This document shows, piece after piece, positions 8,491 through 18,693 of a stretch of 64,000 nucleotides of DNA. The translations under genes and the position numbers were made by a program. The notes beneath the pieces were generated by a model. The model was given only the letters and a program-made list of their open reading frames with translations, was not told the origin of the DNA and did no database searches. Every line of letters starts with the position of its first letter. The stretch's first letter is position 1. Source of the DNA: a virus; the IMG/VR virus record IMGVR_UViG_3300046170_000449, positions 14,034-78,033 of that record; one strand, given 5' to 3'.

Positions 8491-9684
8491 ATGGGAATAC
8501 TAGGAGCAGCTGGACAGCTTTTTAACACAGCAAGAAAAACACCTATTGCTGGTAAGTTTCTACAGAAGGTCTTCAAGGGTGGTGCATCAAAAGCAGATGA
8601 TGTATTACGGGGCACTCCCTTAGTCAATAACCCTGTTGTTAGGGTAGGCACACCCCCAGTCACTAGTCTTAGTCCTGTACGTTCTGCTGCTAGTAAAGGA
8701 AGAGTTCCTAAAGGCTTTACACAAGGAGCAACACCTGCACCAGCAGGAACAACTGTAGGACGTGCCGTTTATCCAGGACAGCCCAATCCGATTACTGGAG
8801 GAGCCCCAACGAGATTATCTGGTAAAGGAGGAGGATTCAATTCAGTAATGAACTTTGTTGCCCCAGGCCAAAATCTTGGGGGCCGTGCATTGGGATTAGG
8901 TGGAAGAGCACTTAACGCAGTTGGACTTTATGAAGGAGGGAAGCAACTTCTTCAAGGTGATGTTGGTGGTGCGGCTCAGGTCCTAGCGGGGAGTTTCCCT
9001 GGACGTACTTTAGGATTAGCATCAAAGGTGCTTGGGGGTACAGGTCTTGCCGGTATAGCGAAACCTTTAATTGGAGCAACTGCTTTACTAGCGTTAACTC
9101 CAGGTAGTGGAGGCAATTCAACAATGGATGATTACTATAAAACGCTTACACCAGAACAAAAAGAAAAGTTTCAGAATAATATTAGAAGTGAGCAAGAAAA
9201 TATGTCTGACGCACAGAAGCGAAAAATGGGCATTACTCCTGCTGATCCCTTAGTGACAAGGCTTCCTGATAGCTCTCCTTTCGTTCCTGCCCCTACTAAT
9301 TTACCGTCTTCCCCTGAAGCTGTAGTAGCTAATCCCTTGCAGCAAAAGATGGCTGAATACGAACAAGGCAGAGCTAAAGCAACGACGCAAGAAGAGATGG
9401 ATGCAGTAAGAGACCTGGGAATGTCAATACATCAAGCGGCTAATCCACAGATGTATGAGGAGTCGTATAACCCTCTGATGGCAGCCACCTTCCCTGAGCG
9501 TTATACCAAAACACCTGAAGATTTTATTCTTCAAGGAGGCATTCAAGCACCTAGAGGAATGAGTGATAAAGATGCCAGACAAGCAACGGCATTTGGCAAT
9601 AAGATACAAACTATGCAAAGTGCAGAAGTTGAGCCCACTAGATTACAAAAAGCTCTAGCTGCAGTTAAACGTTACAAGTCTTGA
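8491..9684 (+). CDS. Putative internal virion/ejection protein
   Basis: Gly/Ala-rich low-complexity protein in the structural module. Confidence 0.5.
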   Translation: MGILGAAGQLFNTARKTPIAGKFLQKVFKGGASKADDVLRGTPLVNNPVVRVGTPPVTSLSPVRSAASKGRVPKGFTQGATPAPAGTTVGRAVYPGQPNPITGGAPTRLSGKGGGFNSVMNFVAPGQNLGGRALGLGGRALNAVGLYEGGKQLLQGDVGGAAQVLAGSFPGRTLGLASKVLGGTGLAGIAKPLIGATALLALTPGSGGNSTMDDYYKTLTPEQKEKFQNNIRSEQENMSDAQKRKMGITPADPLVTRLPDSSPFVPAPTNLPSSPEAVVANPLQQKMAEYEQGRAKATTQEEMDAVRDLGMSIHQAANPQMYEESYNPLMAATFPERYTKTPEDFILQGGIQAPRGMSDKDARQATAFGNKIQTMQSAEVEPTRLQKALAAVKRYKS

Positions 9685-9732
9685 TTAGTTTTGAAATTAC
9701 TTTGTTTACTCCTTTCATTTCTCTCTTGTACC

Positions 9733-10500
9733 ATGCCCACTACTTCTCAGCTTTTTAACTTAACTCCACAAGAGAGAAACGCAGCAATTAATACTATTGC
9801 ACGAGAAGCTTATCAAGGTGGCGGCGGTAAGGATATTGCAGCTGTAACGGCTAACTTGCTATCACGCAGGCTAGCTAACTATGGAGGCAACACTAATCTT
9901 GTCGATATTGTTAAGCAGCCAGGGCAGTATGAAGCTAACTTTCATTTAAATCGTGATCAGATTACCAATCCAAAGTTACTCACTGAGGCTGATTACAAAC
10001 GAGTATCAGCTGTTTTCGATAATCCTGCCATGATTAGAGACGCTTACCAGAAGAGTGGTGGCGCTTTATCTTTCCGTGGCGTGTCTGCTTATGGTAATCG
10101 CAAGCAGGGCGACTATGTTCCTGTTGAAGGTAAGAGTAATTTTTACTTTGATCCATTAGATAAACAAACTTATCAAAAAGGTTTAGACGTATTTGCCAGC
10201 GTACCTGAAGATAGCAATAAGCCTATTATTAATGCCCAGCAATTCCTTGATGGTTACAAAGGTCAAACAACGCAACAAATCCCTAGTAACTATACCGGTG
10301 CTCTTACAATAAACAATTACTACACCGGAGACGGTACTGAAACACAGCAAAGTAAAACAAAAAGCATGACTCAAAATTTACTAAATTCTTTAGTTGACTC
10401 ACAAAGTAAAGGGCAAATGGCTGACCCACTTACATTAATGATGGAACAGGTAATAGAAGGAAAAGGAAAGATCAATCCTCTGATGTTGTATAGCATGTAA
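9733..10500 (+). CDS. Virion-associated cell wall hydrolase (SleB/Hydrolase_2-like)
   Basis: TIAREAY...AAVTANLLSRR...DIVKQPGQY; start reassigned to the ATG at 9733. Confidence 0.65.
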   Translation: MPTTSQLFNLTPQERNAAINTIAREAYQGGGGKDIAAVTANLLSRRLANYGGNTNLVDIVKQPGQYEANFHLNRDQITNPKLLTEADYKRVSAVFDNPAMIRDAYQKSGGALSFRGVSAYGNRKQGDYVPVEGKSNFYFDPLDKQTYQKGLDVFASVPEDSNKPIINAQQFLDGYKGQTTQQIPSNYTGALTINNYYTGDGTETQQSKTKSMTQNLLNSLVDSQSKGQMADPLTLMMEQVIEGKGKINPLMLYSM

Positions 10501-10509
10501 AATATATTT

Positions 10510-11235
10510 ATGACTTATTATCGTCCTGTACAAATTGGTGTGACTGGCCCTAAAGGGCGCATGGGAAGTGGTACTGGTTATCATATTGATAGTAAGTATT
10601 CAACATCCTTACCTTGGGAAGATATTGCCAAACGATTTGATTCCAAGGCAAATCTTTATGGCCAGGGAGGTCGCAATATAGTTTTCTCTAATCAAGGGAT
10701 GGACTATGCTGCATATAATCCTCAAGCAGAGATGGCTGCAAAGGTTGCACTACTACAAAAAGCAGCTGGAGCACACGAACAAAGAGAAGGGTTCCATTCA
10801 TTTGACTACTTTGCACCAAAGGGTAAAGATGTTTGGGACAAGAGTGCAGAAGGCGCACCTATTTATTTAGCAGTAGAAGAAGGGCGTACACCGCTTATTG
10901 GACAAGCTCAAGACTACGGTGTCTATGGGACAGTCACAGACTCTCAAGGAAACGTCCTAGGTAAGTCTGGTCACGGCGATACTAAGTATGCAGGTCAAAC
11001 GTATGACACAGAGATTCCAGAATTAGGAGATCCAACTAAAGCACCGATCACAATTAATAATTATTATGGAGCAGGCAAAAAAGAAGCGTCTAAAGAACCT
11101 TCTTTAACTCAAAGATTGCTTTCTAGTTTAGGTAGAAAGGCTAAACAAAAAGACCCGATTACTGCTATGATGGAAAGTATGATTGCATCCAGGTCAGGTA
11201 AGTTAGACCCTTCCGCTCTTTATAATTTCCTCTGA
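10510..11235 (+). CDS. Virion-associated M23-like peptidase (permuted motif order)
   Basis: IGVTG..G.GTGYHID, HSFDYFAPKG..APIY, YG.Y.....GHG. Confidence 0.5.
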   Translation: MTYYRPVQIGVTGPKGRMGSGTGYHIDSKYSTSLPWEDIAKRFDSKANLYGQGGRNIVFSNQGMDYAAYNPQAEMAAKVALLQKAAGAHEQREGFHSFDYFAPKGKDVWDKSAEGAPIYLAVEEGRTPLIGQAQDYGVYGTVTDSQGNVLGKSGHGDTKYAGQTYDTEIPELGDPTKAPITINNYYGAGKKEASKEPSLTQRLLSSLGRKAKQKDPITAMMESMIASRSGKLDPSALYNFL

Positions 11236-12029
11236 TGACCGCTACTAATACCAACAAGCAACCTGTATTTGTCGATCGTCCTTTAATTGCAAGGGCTAAG
11301 ATTACCAATCAAATCGTTGGTACTCCCAATGATTTAAACGTACAAGGTGGACAGAATCCAGCCTTAGTCGTTGATATGGATGCAACGCTTAGTTTAGATA
11401 ACAACAGCGGAGGTATTATTGATGCCATCCGTATTGTTCGTGATAATTACTCTAACGCTTCTCAGCAAGACTATGTAATTAATGCTACTACTTCAGGAAC
11501 AAATATCAGCCTGGTCAGTGGACAGGTTGTGTATGTAGAAGATGCAGCAGTTCTTACTAACCCAGCTGAAAGCGGTATTGGTTATTATACTTACACTGGC
11601 TCTGTTATTTACGAAGGACCAAATCAAGATATTACTTTTAGTGGTTTAGCTACTCCAACAACATCAGGTTTTAGTTATAACTCATTAGCCCAAACGACAC
11701 TTCCAATGGTGACTTTTGTTTGCTACCACACCCGTGGAACAACAGTACCGATTCCAGCTGATGGAGATTACACTGTACTCTTCAGTAAGACTGTGCCTTT
11801 AAATTCAGGTAGCGTTGATTGTAGTGATGTAATGCCTGAACTATTAGCTCCTATTCCAGCTGCTGGTAACACTGCCGGATTAGGTTCAGCAACACCACTT
11901 AAGGAGCGTGGAATTAATCTACAACGTGGTGATCGCCTTTACGTAGGTGTTCTCCAACAAGGCGTTTATAACAATACCTCTGGCTATATCCCAGGTGCTC
12001 ATGTGATTGCGCAAGGCGGTTACTATTGA
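11235..12029 (+). CDS. Tail/structural protein
   Basis: Beta-rich, ends INLQRGDRLYVG...AQGGYY. Confidence 0.5.
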   Translation: MTATNTNKQPVFVDRPLIARAKITNQIVGTPNDLNVQGGQNPALVVDMDATLSLDNNSGGIIDAIRIVRDNYSNASQQDYVINATTSGTNISLVSGQVVYVEDAAVLTNPAESGIGYYTYTGSVIYEGPNQDITFSGLATPTTSGFSYNSLAQTTLPMVTFVCYHTRGTTVPIPADGDYTVLFSKTVPLNSGSVDCSDVMPELLAPIPAAGNTAGLGSATPLKERGINLQRGDRLYVGVLQQGVYNNTSGYIPGAHVIAQGGYY

Positions 12030-12030
12030 G

Positions 12031-13722
12031 ATGACACGAAAAAGACCTGGAGGAAACTTTGGAAACTTTGGGTCTTCTTCGTTTAGTAAAAATGAAAATC
12101 CAAAGCTGAAGAAGTATAAAGTAAAACCTGTACAAGGAGCTTTTGGGGGCAGTGTACCAGACTCTCTTTATACAAGTAATAAAGAATCAGCCTGGGCACG
12201 ATGGAGAAGAGGATGGGAGTTAGCAACCGCTAATGGTGTTTTACGTCCTTTCTTTTATGACTTTAAGTATGAAATTCCTTTAGGTGGAATTACTGTTGTC
12301 GGTAATCGTGCACCGTTTGTTAGTGGTGCCCTTCAAGGTTTTCTTACTGAGAACAAAGAATATGGAATGCATTGGGCAGGAAGAATCAATTCAGGTAACT
12401 TACGGTTTGACAATTTAGAAGATCAGTATAATGTAAAACTAGCTGTCTCAGGTGAAATACCTTTTGACCAACTCTTTATGGCCAGTGGCCAAGACAATGA
12501 AAACTTTTGGTACATACAGCTGAGCGGTACGTTTGATACAGCTAATCCAGTTCCACCTCCTTTATTTACACGGTTGCCGTTTGGAACGTCAATCAAACCT
12601 ATTAATGGCGATATTTTAGAAGATACTATTGTTGAAGTATCAGGACAACCGATTGACTCTGAGACACGTGATCCTTTAACAGCTAAGCGTTATGGTTTTG
12701 TACAAGCAATCATGACGGATATTGATCAAGACACAGGAGTCATGAAGGTCAGAAAATTAGGCTCCACTCAATCAACAGAAGACGGTGTTCTTCAAACACC
12801 TTCACGCATCCCCTTTGAACCAGGGAGATTTTTACAAACTGGCACTCGTTATTGTTGTAGCTGCCAAGACTTTACTCGTCGTAATTACGCTTATCTTTCT
12901 TCTTTAGGTTTACGTACAGGAGCTAAGTTTCCAAAATCAAAAGTAGCAACAGTAAAACCAGGTCGTTATGAAGAGATGAAATATCGCGGCAACATTTTAA
13001 ATGCAGCGCAGGCTGAGATCATGAGTGGTGTTGTCCAGAATCGTTTAATGACGATTGTTTATCCTAGTGGTGAACTTTACTCTTATCCTGTACCAGGAGC
13101 TACATTACAAGCATCAGGTAAAGACATCAGGCAACCAGATAATTTATATAGAGATTTTCCTGCAGTATTTGAGGACTTTGGAAGTATTTATACGAGAGGC
13201 TTTGGAGATAAACCAAACCCTAGTGGTGTTGCAGAAGGCATGCCCAAGTATGGAGACTATAAACAAAGCGGGTTAGATATTACTGAGGTTTCTGACTACT
13301 GGACTTATACCTTAGATCAGTATCGTTACTGTAAACACATTTATGCGATGCGTTATGCAGACGGTGTATTTCCAAATGAGCCCTCTGACTTTCCAGTTAA
13401 GATAGGTTCAATGGCCGAATGGGAAAATAATTTAGTTGAAAAAACTAGGAACTCACAAACCAAAGCCTTTGAAAAGCTGGCTTACTATGGATTAGGTTAC
13501 ATGGATACACCGCCTTTTAATTTACAGGCGCCCATGATGAGTCCGATGCTTCAACGCATTCTGAATGTACCGTCTGAATTTATTGTTCTACAGAACTTTT
13601 TCATGGTAGATAAAGATGGTAACACTTACAACATGGCATCTGGCCAAAAGCCTGACAGTACAGGACAACCCAGTGGTTTCCAAATTAATAATTGGGATTT
13701 TCCTCTAGGTACTAATTACTAA
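12031..13722 (+). CDS. Large hypothetical protein with split SWIM-like Zn finger
   Basis: YCCSCQDF ... YCKHIYA; ATG at 12031. Confidence 0.55.
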   Translation: MTRKRPGGNFGNFGSSSFSKNENPKLKKYKVKPVQGAFGGSVPDSLYTSNKESAWARWRRGWELATANGVLRPFFYDFKYEIPLGGITVVGNRAPFVSGALQGFLTENKEYGMHWAGRINSGNLRFDNLEDQYNVKLAVSGEIPFDQLFMASGQDNENFWYIQLSGTFDTANPVPPPLFTRLPFGTSIKPINGDILEDTIVEVSGQPIDSETRDPLTAKRYGFVQAIMTDIDQDTGVMKVRKLGSTQSTEDGVLQTPSRIPFEPGRFLQTGTRYCCSCQDFTRRNYAYLSSLGLRTGAKFPKSKVATVKPGRYEEMKYRGNILNAAQAEIMSGVVQNRLMTIVYPSGELYSYPVPGATLQASGKDIRQPDNLYRDFPAVFEDFGSIYTRGFGDKPNPSGVAEGMPKYGDYKQSGLDITEVSDYWTYTLDQYRYCKHIYAMRYADGVFPNEPSDFPVKIGSMAEWENNLVEKTRNSQTKAFEKLAYYGLGYMDTPPFNLQAPMMSPMLQRILNVPSEFIVLQNFFMVDKDGNTYNMASGQKPDSTGQPSGFQINNWDFPLGTNY

Positions 13723-13778
13723 AGTTGACTTGACACCTCTGAATCATTTATAATATCTTTATTAACTATTAAGGATCC

Positions 13779-14195
13779 TTGATTCATCTTCATCTACCGT
13801 CGGATCAACACATTGTGGATGCTGTATTTTCTTTGGCTGCCCTTCCTAATTTAGAGAAAGCGTCTTGGTTACTTGCAATGATTGCAACGTTTGGTAAGAC
13901 ACCAAAGCAACTAAAAGGTTTCTCCTGGAACGAAGATAACACTATTAATATCCTTTCTAAAAAACGTTCTGTTAAACCTCTCCATCCCCAGTGGGTGTAT
14001 TTATTTCAACTCAAAGAAAAGCAGCCGTCTGATTTGGACAGCTGCTGGGAAAGTTTAATCGTAGATTTAAAAAGAATTACTGATGAAAAAGCAATCCTTT
14101 TAACTATTGAAAACCTTTTGCTTTCCTATAAAGTTAGGAAGATTTGCTACGTGCCTATTAAGCAACAGCTTCGGCATTTGACGACAGCTCACTGA
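13779..14195 (+). CDS. Degenerate tyrosine-integrase-like protein
   Basis: WLLAMIATFGKTPKQ...VKPLHPQWV resembles the cyanobacterial integrase W.YGM.ATYGLRPHE...PLHPEWV segment. Confidence 0.5.
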   Translation: MIHLHLPSDQHIVDAVFSLAALPNLEKASWLLAMIATFGKTPKQLKGFSWNEDNTINILSKKRSVKPLHPQWVYLFQLKEKQPSDLDSCWESLIVDLKRITDEKAILLTIENLLLSYKVRKICYVPIKQQLRHLTTAH

Positions 14196-14376
14196 GCATC
14201 GCTTTTACTGCAGGAATATTCCAGTAGTATGTATCACGTGACCGCGTCAAGGGACCAGAGGTATAGTGCTTACCCAGCTTGAAGGCTTTGTTATTACACA
14301 AACCATTTAGCTCATTTCGAGGCATGTCCAGGATTTTAGCTGCTTTGAAAGCTGGAGCCCAGTTGTTAATAGCCAT
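14158..14376 (-). CDS. Excisionase/MerR-like HTH protein
   Basis: KAAKILDM...FKLGKHY......R.TYYWN. Confidence 0.55.
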   Translation of the reverse strand: MAINNWAPAFKAAKILDMPRNELNGLCNNKAFKLGKHYTSGPLTRSRDTYYWNIPAVKAMLSELSSNAEAVA

Positions 14377-14506
14377 GTAGCGGAAGATGCGTACTATTTA
14401 AAAATACAGGTTTTTTGCGTAATGCCAAAATCTTTACATAATTTTTTTGTATTGTTGCTGTTCTTAAAGATAGGCGGTTTTAAACTGAGATAACGGCTAG
14501 ATTGCT

Positions 14507-14878
14507 ATGTTCAAAACGGAGAACGAACCCCTCGCACTCCTACTTGAACTACGCCCTAAACACGCAAAGAAACGCTTCCGAGACGAAATCTATAAAGCCT
14601 GGGACCATGACTGTGCGTATTGTGGTAAAGCTGCTACAAGTCTTGATCATATTGTGCCACGGTTTAAATCTGGCTCTAGTAACTGCTATAACTTAATTCC
14701 TGCTTGTCGCAGCTGTAATGCAAACAAAGCGTCAAGTCCTATGGAAGAATGGTATCGTAACCAGTCGTTTTTTGAAGAGCAACGATTAACGGCAATCAAA
14801 AACTGGATGGACGATAAAATTGTTTACGTTTTAGATAATGAATTAGAATCATTAGACATGATGTTTAAACCAGCGTAG
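14507..14878 (+). CDS. HNH endonuclease
   Basis: CAYCG...SLDHIVP...G.S..YNLIPACRSCNANK. Confidence 0.9.
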   Translation: MFKTENEPLALLLELRPKHAKKRFRDEIYKAWDHDCAYCGKAATSLDHIVPRFKSGSSNCYNLIPACRSCNANKASSPMEEWYRNQSFFEEQRLTAIKNWMDDKIVYVLDNELESLDMMFKPA

Positions 14879-14881
14879 ATA

Positions 14882-17800
14882 ATGCCTAGACCCGGAAGAG
14901 CCCCAGGCAAAAGCCTAGCATGGCATGCAGGAAATAATGGCGAGAATAAAAAGATGGGCCACCTGTCGTGGTCTTCTGCTTACAACGATGGCTACACCAA
15001 CAATGAGATAATTAACTGGATTAACGGTGATCCAGGTAATCGTAAAGCATTTAATTTATATAACCAAGCAATACAATTGCGTAATGTCTCTGAACAACTT
15101 AGTGGCACAGTTGATTTAATTTATCTACAACAACTTGGTAGAGAAGCAGACGATGGCGGTAGATTAAATAAGATGGAAAATTTTGAAAGGTACTTCATAG
15201 AACAAGGAAGAAATAACCCTAATTTAGGTACTGCTACTAAAAGAGATAGGGCCTACAATCGAATGCGTACAGGTATGGCGAACAGCGCCGAAGGGCAAAA
15301 CACACAACAAGTAGCTAAAAATGCTTATGAAACTTTCTTAGGTAGGCCATGGACACCAGCAGACGGCCAAGCTGCATTGAATCAATCAGCACTGGAAATC
15401 ATGAAAAGTGTTGAGGCGGGTCAATTCAGACAATCTTTGGAATCGTATGGAAAAAGTTATGGAGGAGGAGGAACTGTTAAGTATGACAGTAGTCAGGCAA
15501 AAGGTTATTACGGAAATGGTTATCAATTAGGTTTACTAACTAAGTGGAAACAAGTCGGTAGAAACAGTAATCAAATTATTCCTTCGCAGCAAATTTTACA
15601 GTACAACCCTAGTACAAAAAATTTAGAATATACCAAGGGAGCTAGTAAATTATTAGGCAATCAAGCTAGACAAAAATACAATAAAATCATTAACGATTTT
15701 AGGCGTAGTAAAGGTGGTAATTATAAACAAATAATGAGTACTTTTAAGGGCTTGGACTCAGTTGCTAAAGCGCATTTTAATAAAACTGATAGAAAAGCTA
15801 CTGAAGCGTACTACACACAGCAAAAAATTAGAAACCCTTGGACGTATAAAAAGAATGGAGTCAAACCGCCCACAGGGGGCTTTGATTTTAACTACTACAT
15901 GAAACAGGGGAATAACAATAAAACCCTTAATCGTCAATGGAATGCAGCCAAGAATAACAAGATTGGAGGTTATTCATTTGCTGACTTGGATATTACTGCA
16001 CGCTACGCAAATTTAACCACTTACGCTCAAGCAGACTACAGTCAAAGAGTAAAATCAGAACCTACATTAAGAGCAAATGCAGCAGCAGACATTGGCGAAT
16101 ACAGTGAAGCATACGATGATTTAACTGATGCTCAACAGCAGCTATATCGAGACGAGCTCCTAGGACTAACCAAAAAGGGAGCTAGTGGACAGTTATCGAT
16201 TGACTACACCGATGATCAAGCAGAGAATTCTAGATTTGAAAATCAAGTTTTAAGCAATCTATCGGGACAAGAACTGTTAGAGCAGGATAAGTTTGGAACA
16301 TTAACGCAAGACTCATTAAAATTTGCAGCAGACAAATTAAAAGAACAGCAGGAGAACGAGAGGACCCTGGATCTGTACAAAAACCTACCTGGGTTTAATG
16401 AAATTTATTCTGCTAATTCTTCGCTAGCTAATTCACTCCTAGGAGATAGCGGTATAGGTGGCTATCTTTCCATGCTAGGTAAAGACACAGAGGCAATCCA
16501 AGAAGACTTAGAGGAACAGTTTGCAGGTGTCACTGGTATACCTAGTAATAACAGCACCATTTTTAATTGGCAGAAATGGTTTGACGAAGAGATGGTCAAA
16601 CGATATGACGAGATGGAAACCATTACGGTTGAGTTTGATGATACTATTACCGATTTAGATTTAAATTCTGAGACAGGAAAAATACAATATGAAATTCAAC
16701 TCACTCGTATGGGGATTGATCCTTATGATGAAGACGGTAATTTAATTGATAAATCAGTTGCATTAGAAACACTAGAAGCTAATAACTTCCAACGTATCTA
16801 CGAAATCGATGAAAACTTTAAAACTAATTTTATTGAAAATTATTTAAAGCCACGCTTTGATCAATCTAAATCCATGGATGAGTTCATCTCTTATATGGAT
16901 GTAAAAGAAGATGAACAAAACATTTTCCAGACACAAAGTGCTCTTGATAGTCTAAAAACATTAGCTAGTAAACAATCACGGTTACTTCTGGAAAACATCC
17001 AAGATCTCCCTGGAGATTTCAATTATAAATTTTACTTTAATCCTGATGATGAGAACGAAGTAAAACAAAGCACATACAATATTCAGAAACGGCAAGTGAC
17101 ACGTGATTGGGAAAAGGCAAAGAAGAAAGGTAACAGCATTCCTCCAGGGCAAGTTGCTGATAAGAATGGTAATAATTATACCTGGAATCAGTGGGCATAT
17201 TTCTACGGTTTAAATATCAATAACAAGCAGGAGTTTGCACGCTTACATTACAAAGTGGTTGGCGCTGCAAAAGGTTTTGATCCTGCGGCTGATATTCTTA
17301 CCCAGGAAAAAGTCGATGATTACTTCGTTGATAATGTTGTACCTGCACTTAATGATGCTCGTTTAGATCTCGACAGCGCCACCTTCATGAACTTCGTGAC
17401 GCCAGAGCAGTTTGCTGATGAGGTTCTACGTGGCATTGATCCAGAGAAAGACGAGGAGGCTTGGAAAAAAGTCTTGGATATGTATGGCCTAGAAGGAACA
17501 GAAGCCATTGACGAGGTCCGTAATGTAATTATTGAAGCTGTACGAACAGGATCAGCCCAACGGATCCGAGAGTCAATTAAATTCTTAAATGAGAAAAAGA
17601 AAACACCTACGCAAAAAGAACTAGGCGTCAACTACATTGAGCGGGAATCAGATAAGAAATTTGTTGAAGATGAGAATGCCACAGAGTTGTACAAAGTATT
17701 TCAGAATGCAGGCTATTCAGGTACTGAAGACGAGTTCTTTGATACGTTTATGCCAGACGCAGACAGGGCCGATCTCGATTTTATACAACGAGGTTTAAGT

Positions 17801-18034
17801 GGCGATTTTGAACTTAAAGATATTAACACTGAGGATCCGTTTGAAGCATTAGCCAGTGTTGGAAGCTTTCTTGGCGACGGTGGAAATATTTTTGGCACAG
17901 ATTCTGATAATGAAAATCAAGATAAAAACGACACAGAAGATAGTTACTTTAATTTTTTTGATGATGAGGATGATGATTATGCCTCAGATACTGGACGATC
18001 TATAATTAATGGGTATACAGATTTTTTTAAATAA
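14882..18034 (+). CDS. Large virion (internal/ejection) protein with DUF4214-like helical segments
   Basis: 1050 aa; IYLQQLGREADDGG and AYETFLGR; basic N-terminal half, acidic C-terminal half. Confidence 0.55.
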   Translation: MPRPGRAPGKSLAWHAGNNGENKKMGHLSWSSAYNDGYTNNEIINWINGDPGNRKAFNLYNQAIQLRNVSEQLSGTVDLIYLQQLGREADDGGRLNKMENFERYFIEQGRNNPNLGTATKRDRAYNRMRTGMANSAEGQNTQQVAKNAYETFLGRPWTPADGQAALNQSALEIMKSVEAGQFRQSLESYGKSYGGGGTVKYDSSQAKGYYGNGYQLGLLTKWKQVGRNSNQIIPSQQILQYNPSTKNLEYTKGASKLLGNQARQKYNKIINDFRRSKGGNYKQIMSTFKGLDSVAKAHFNKTDRKATEAYYTQQKIRNPWTYKKNGVKPPTGGFDFNYYMKQGNNNKTLNRQWNAAKNNKIGGYSFADLDITARYANLTTYAQADYSQRVKSEPTLRANAAADIGEYSEAYDDLTDAQQQLYRDELLGLTKKGASGQLSIDYTDDQAENSRFENQVLSNLSGQELLEQDKFGTLTQDSLKFAADKLKEQQENERTLDLYKNLPGFNEIYSANSSLANSLLGDSGIGGYLSMLGKDTEAIQEDLEEQFAGVTGIPSNNSTIFNWQKWFDEEMVKRYDEMETITVEFDDTITDLDLNSETGKIQYEIQLTRMGIDPYDEDGNLIDKSVALETLEANNFQRIYEIDENFKTNFIENYLKPRFDQSKSMDEFISYMDVKEDEQNIFQTQSALDSLKTLASKQSRLLLENIQDLPGDFNYKFYFNPDDENEVKQSTYNIQKRQVTRDWEKAKKKGNSIPPGQVADKNGNNYTWNQWAYFYGLNINNKQEFARLHYKVVGAAKGFDPAADILTQEKVDDYFVDNVVPALNDARLDLDSATFMNFVTPEQFADEVLRGIDPEKDEEAWKKVLDMYGLEGTEAIDEVRNVIIEAVRTGSAQRIRESIKFLNEKKKTPTQKELGVNYIERESDKKFVEDENATELYKVFQNAGYSGTEDEFFDTFMPDADRADLDFIQRGLSGDFELKDINTEDPFEALASVGSFLGDGGNIFGTDSDNENQDKNDTEDSYFNFFDDEDDDYASDTGRSIINGYTDFFK

Positions 18035-18039
18035 TATAA

Positions 18040-18336
18040 ATGTCTAAAGCAAAGAAAGCTGCTAGTGCAGCCAAGCTGCATAAAGATAAAATGGCATGTA
18101 ATAAACCAAAGAAAACACCTGGTCATAAAACTAAATCGCATGTCGTAAAAGCATGTGAAGATGGTAAAGAAAAGATTATTCGTTTCGGCCAGCAAGGAGT
18201 TAAAGGAGCAGGAAAGAATCCAAAGACAGCCAAAGACAAAGCACGTAAAAAATCATATTATGCACGGCATAACGCACAAGATAGTAAACCAAGTAAAATG
18301 AGTGCTAGGTACTGGTCACACAAGGTAAAATGGTAA
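18040..18336 (+). CDS. Small basic phage protein
   Basis: KIIRFGQQG...ARKKSYYARH...SARYWSHKVKW conserved phage motif. Confidence 0.7.
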   Translation: MSKAKKAASAAKLHKDKMACNKPKKTPGHKTKSHVVKACEDGKEKIIRFGQQGVKGAGKNPKTAKDKARKKSYYARHNAQDSKPSKMSARYWSHKVKW

Positions 18337-18521
18337 TGAATTTAGCAGGAAAATATCAATAACAAATGCCTACCCTTCAAGAAGGTTTAAATCATTTAAA
18401 AGGTAAATTAAGAAATCTTGCACCAGGTAGTTTAGAGTATCAACATATATTAAATATGATTGGAGAGTTTGAAAAGGATATGGCTATGGTTGCTAAAGAT
18501 ACTCAACAGTACATAAGGTAA
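18336..18521 (+). pseudogene. Small inserted ORF (MNLAGKYQ*QMPT...) with one in-frame stop
   Basis: CAA TAA CAA at 18357-18365; frame continues to TAA at 18519-18521. Confidence 0.45.
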
Positions 18522-18550
18522 AGTGGTGATAAAATTTACTTTTTAAACCC

Positions 18551-18664
18551 ATGAAAAAAGGTGGCGGCTACATTGTTGGCACTCCCAAAAAAACAAAGCA
18601 AGGACAAGGAAAGCATTCCAGGCCAAATCACGGACGTAAAAAACTCCGTGGACAAGGAAAATGA
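18551..18664 (+). CDS. Small basic protein
   Basis: MKKGGGYIVGTPKKTKQGQGKHSRPNHGRKKLRGQGK. Confidence 0.55.
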   Translation: MKKGGGYIVGTPKKTKQGQGKHSRPNHGRKKLRGQGK

Positions 18665-18693
18665 GTTATTATTAAATTGATTTAAATAAAACA

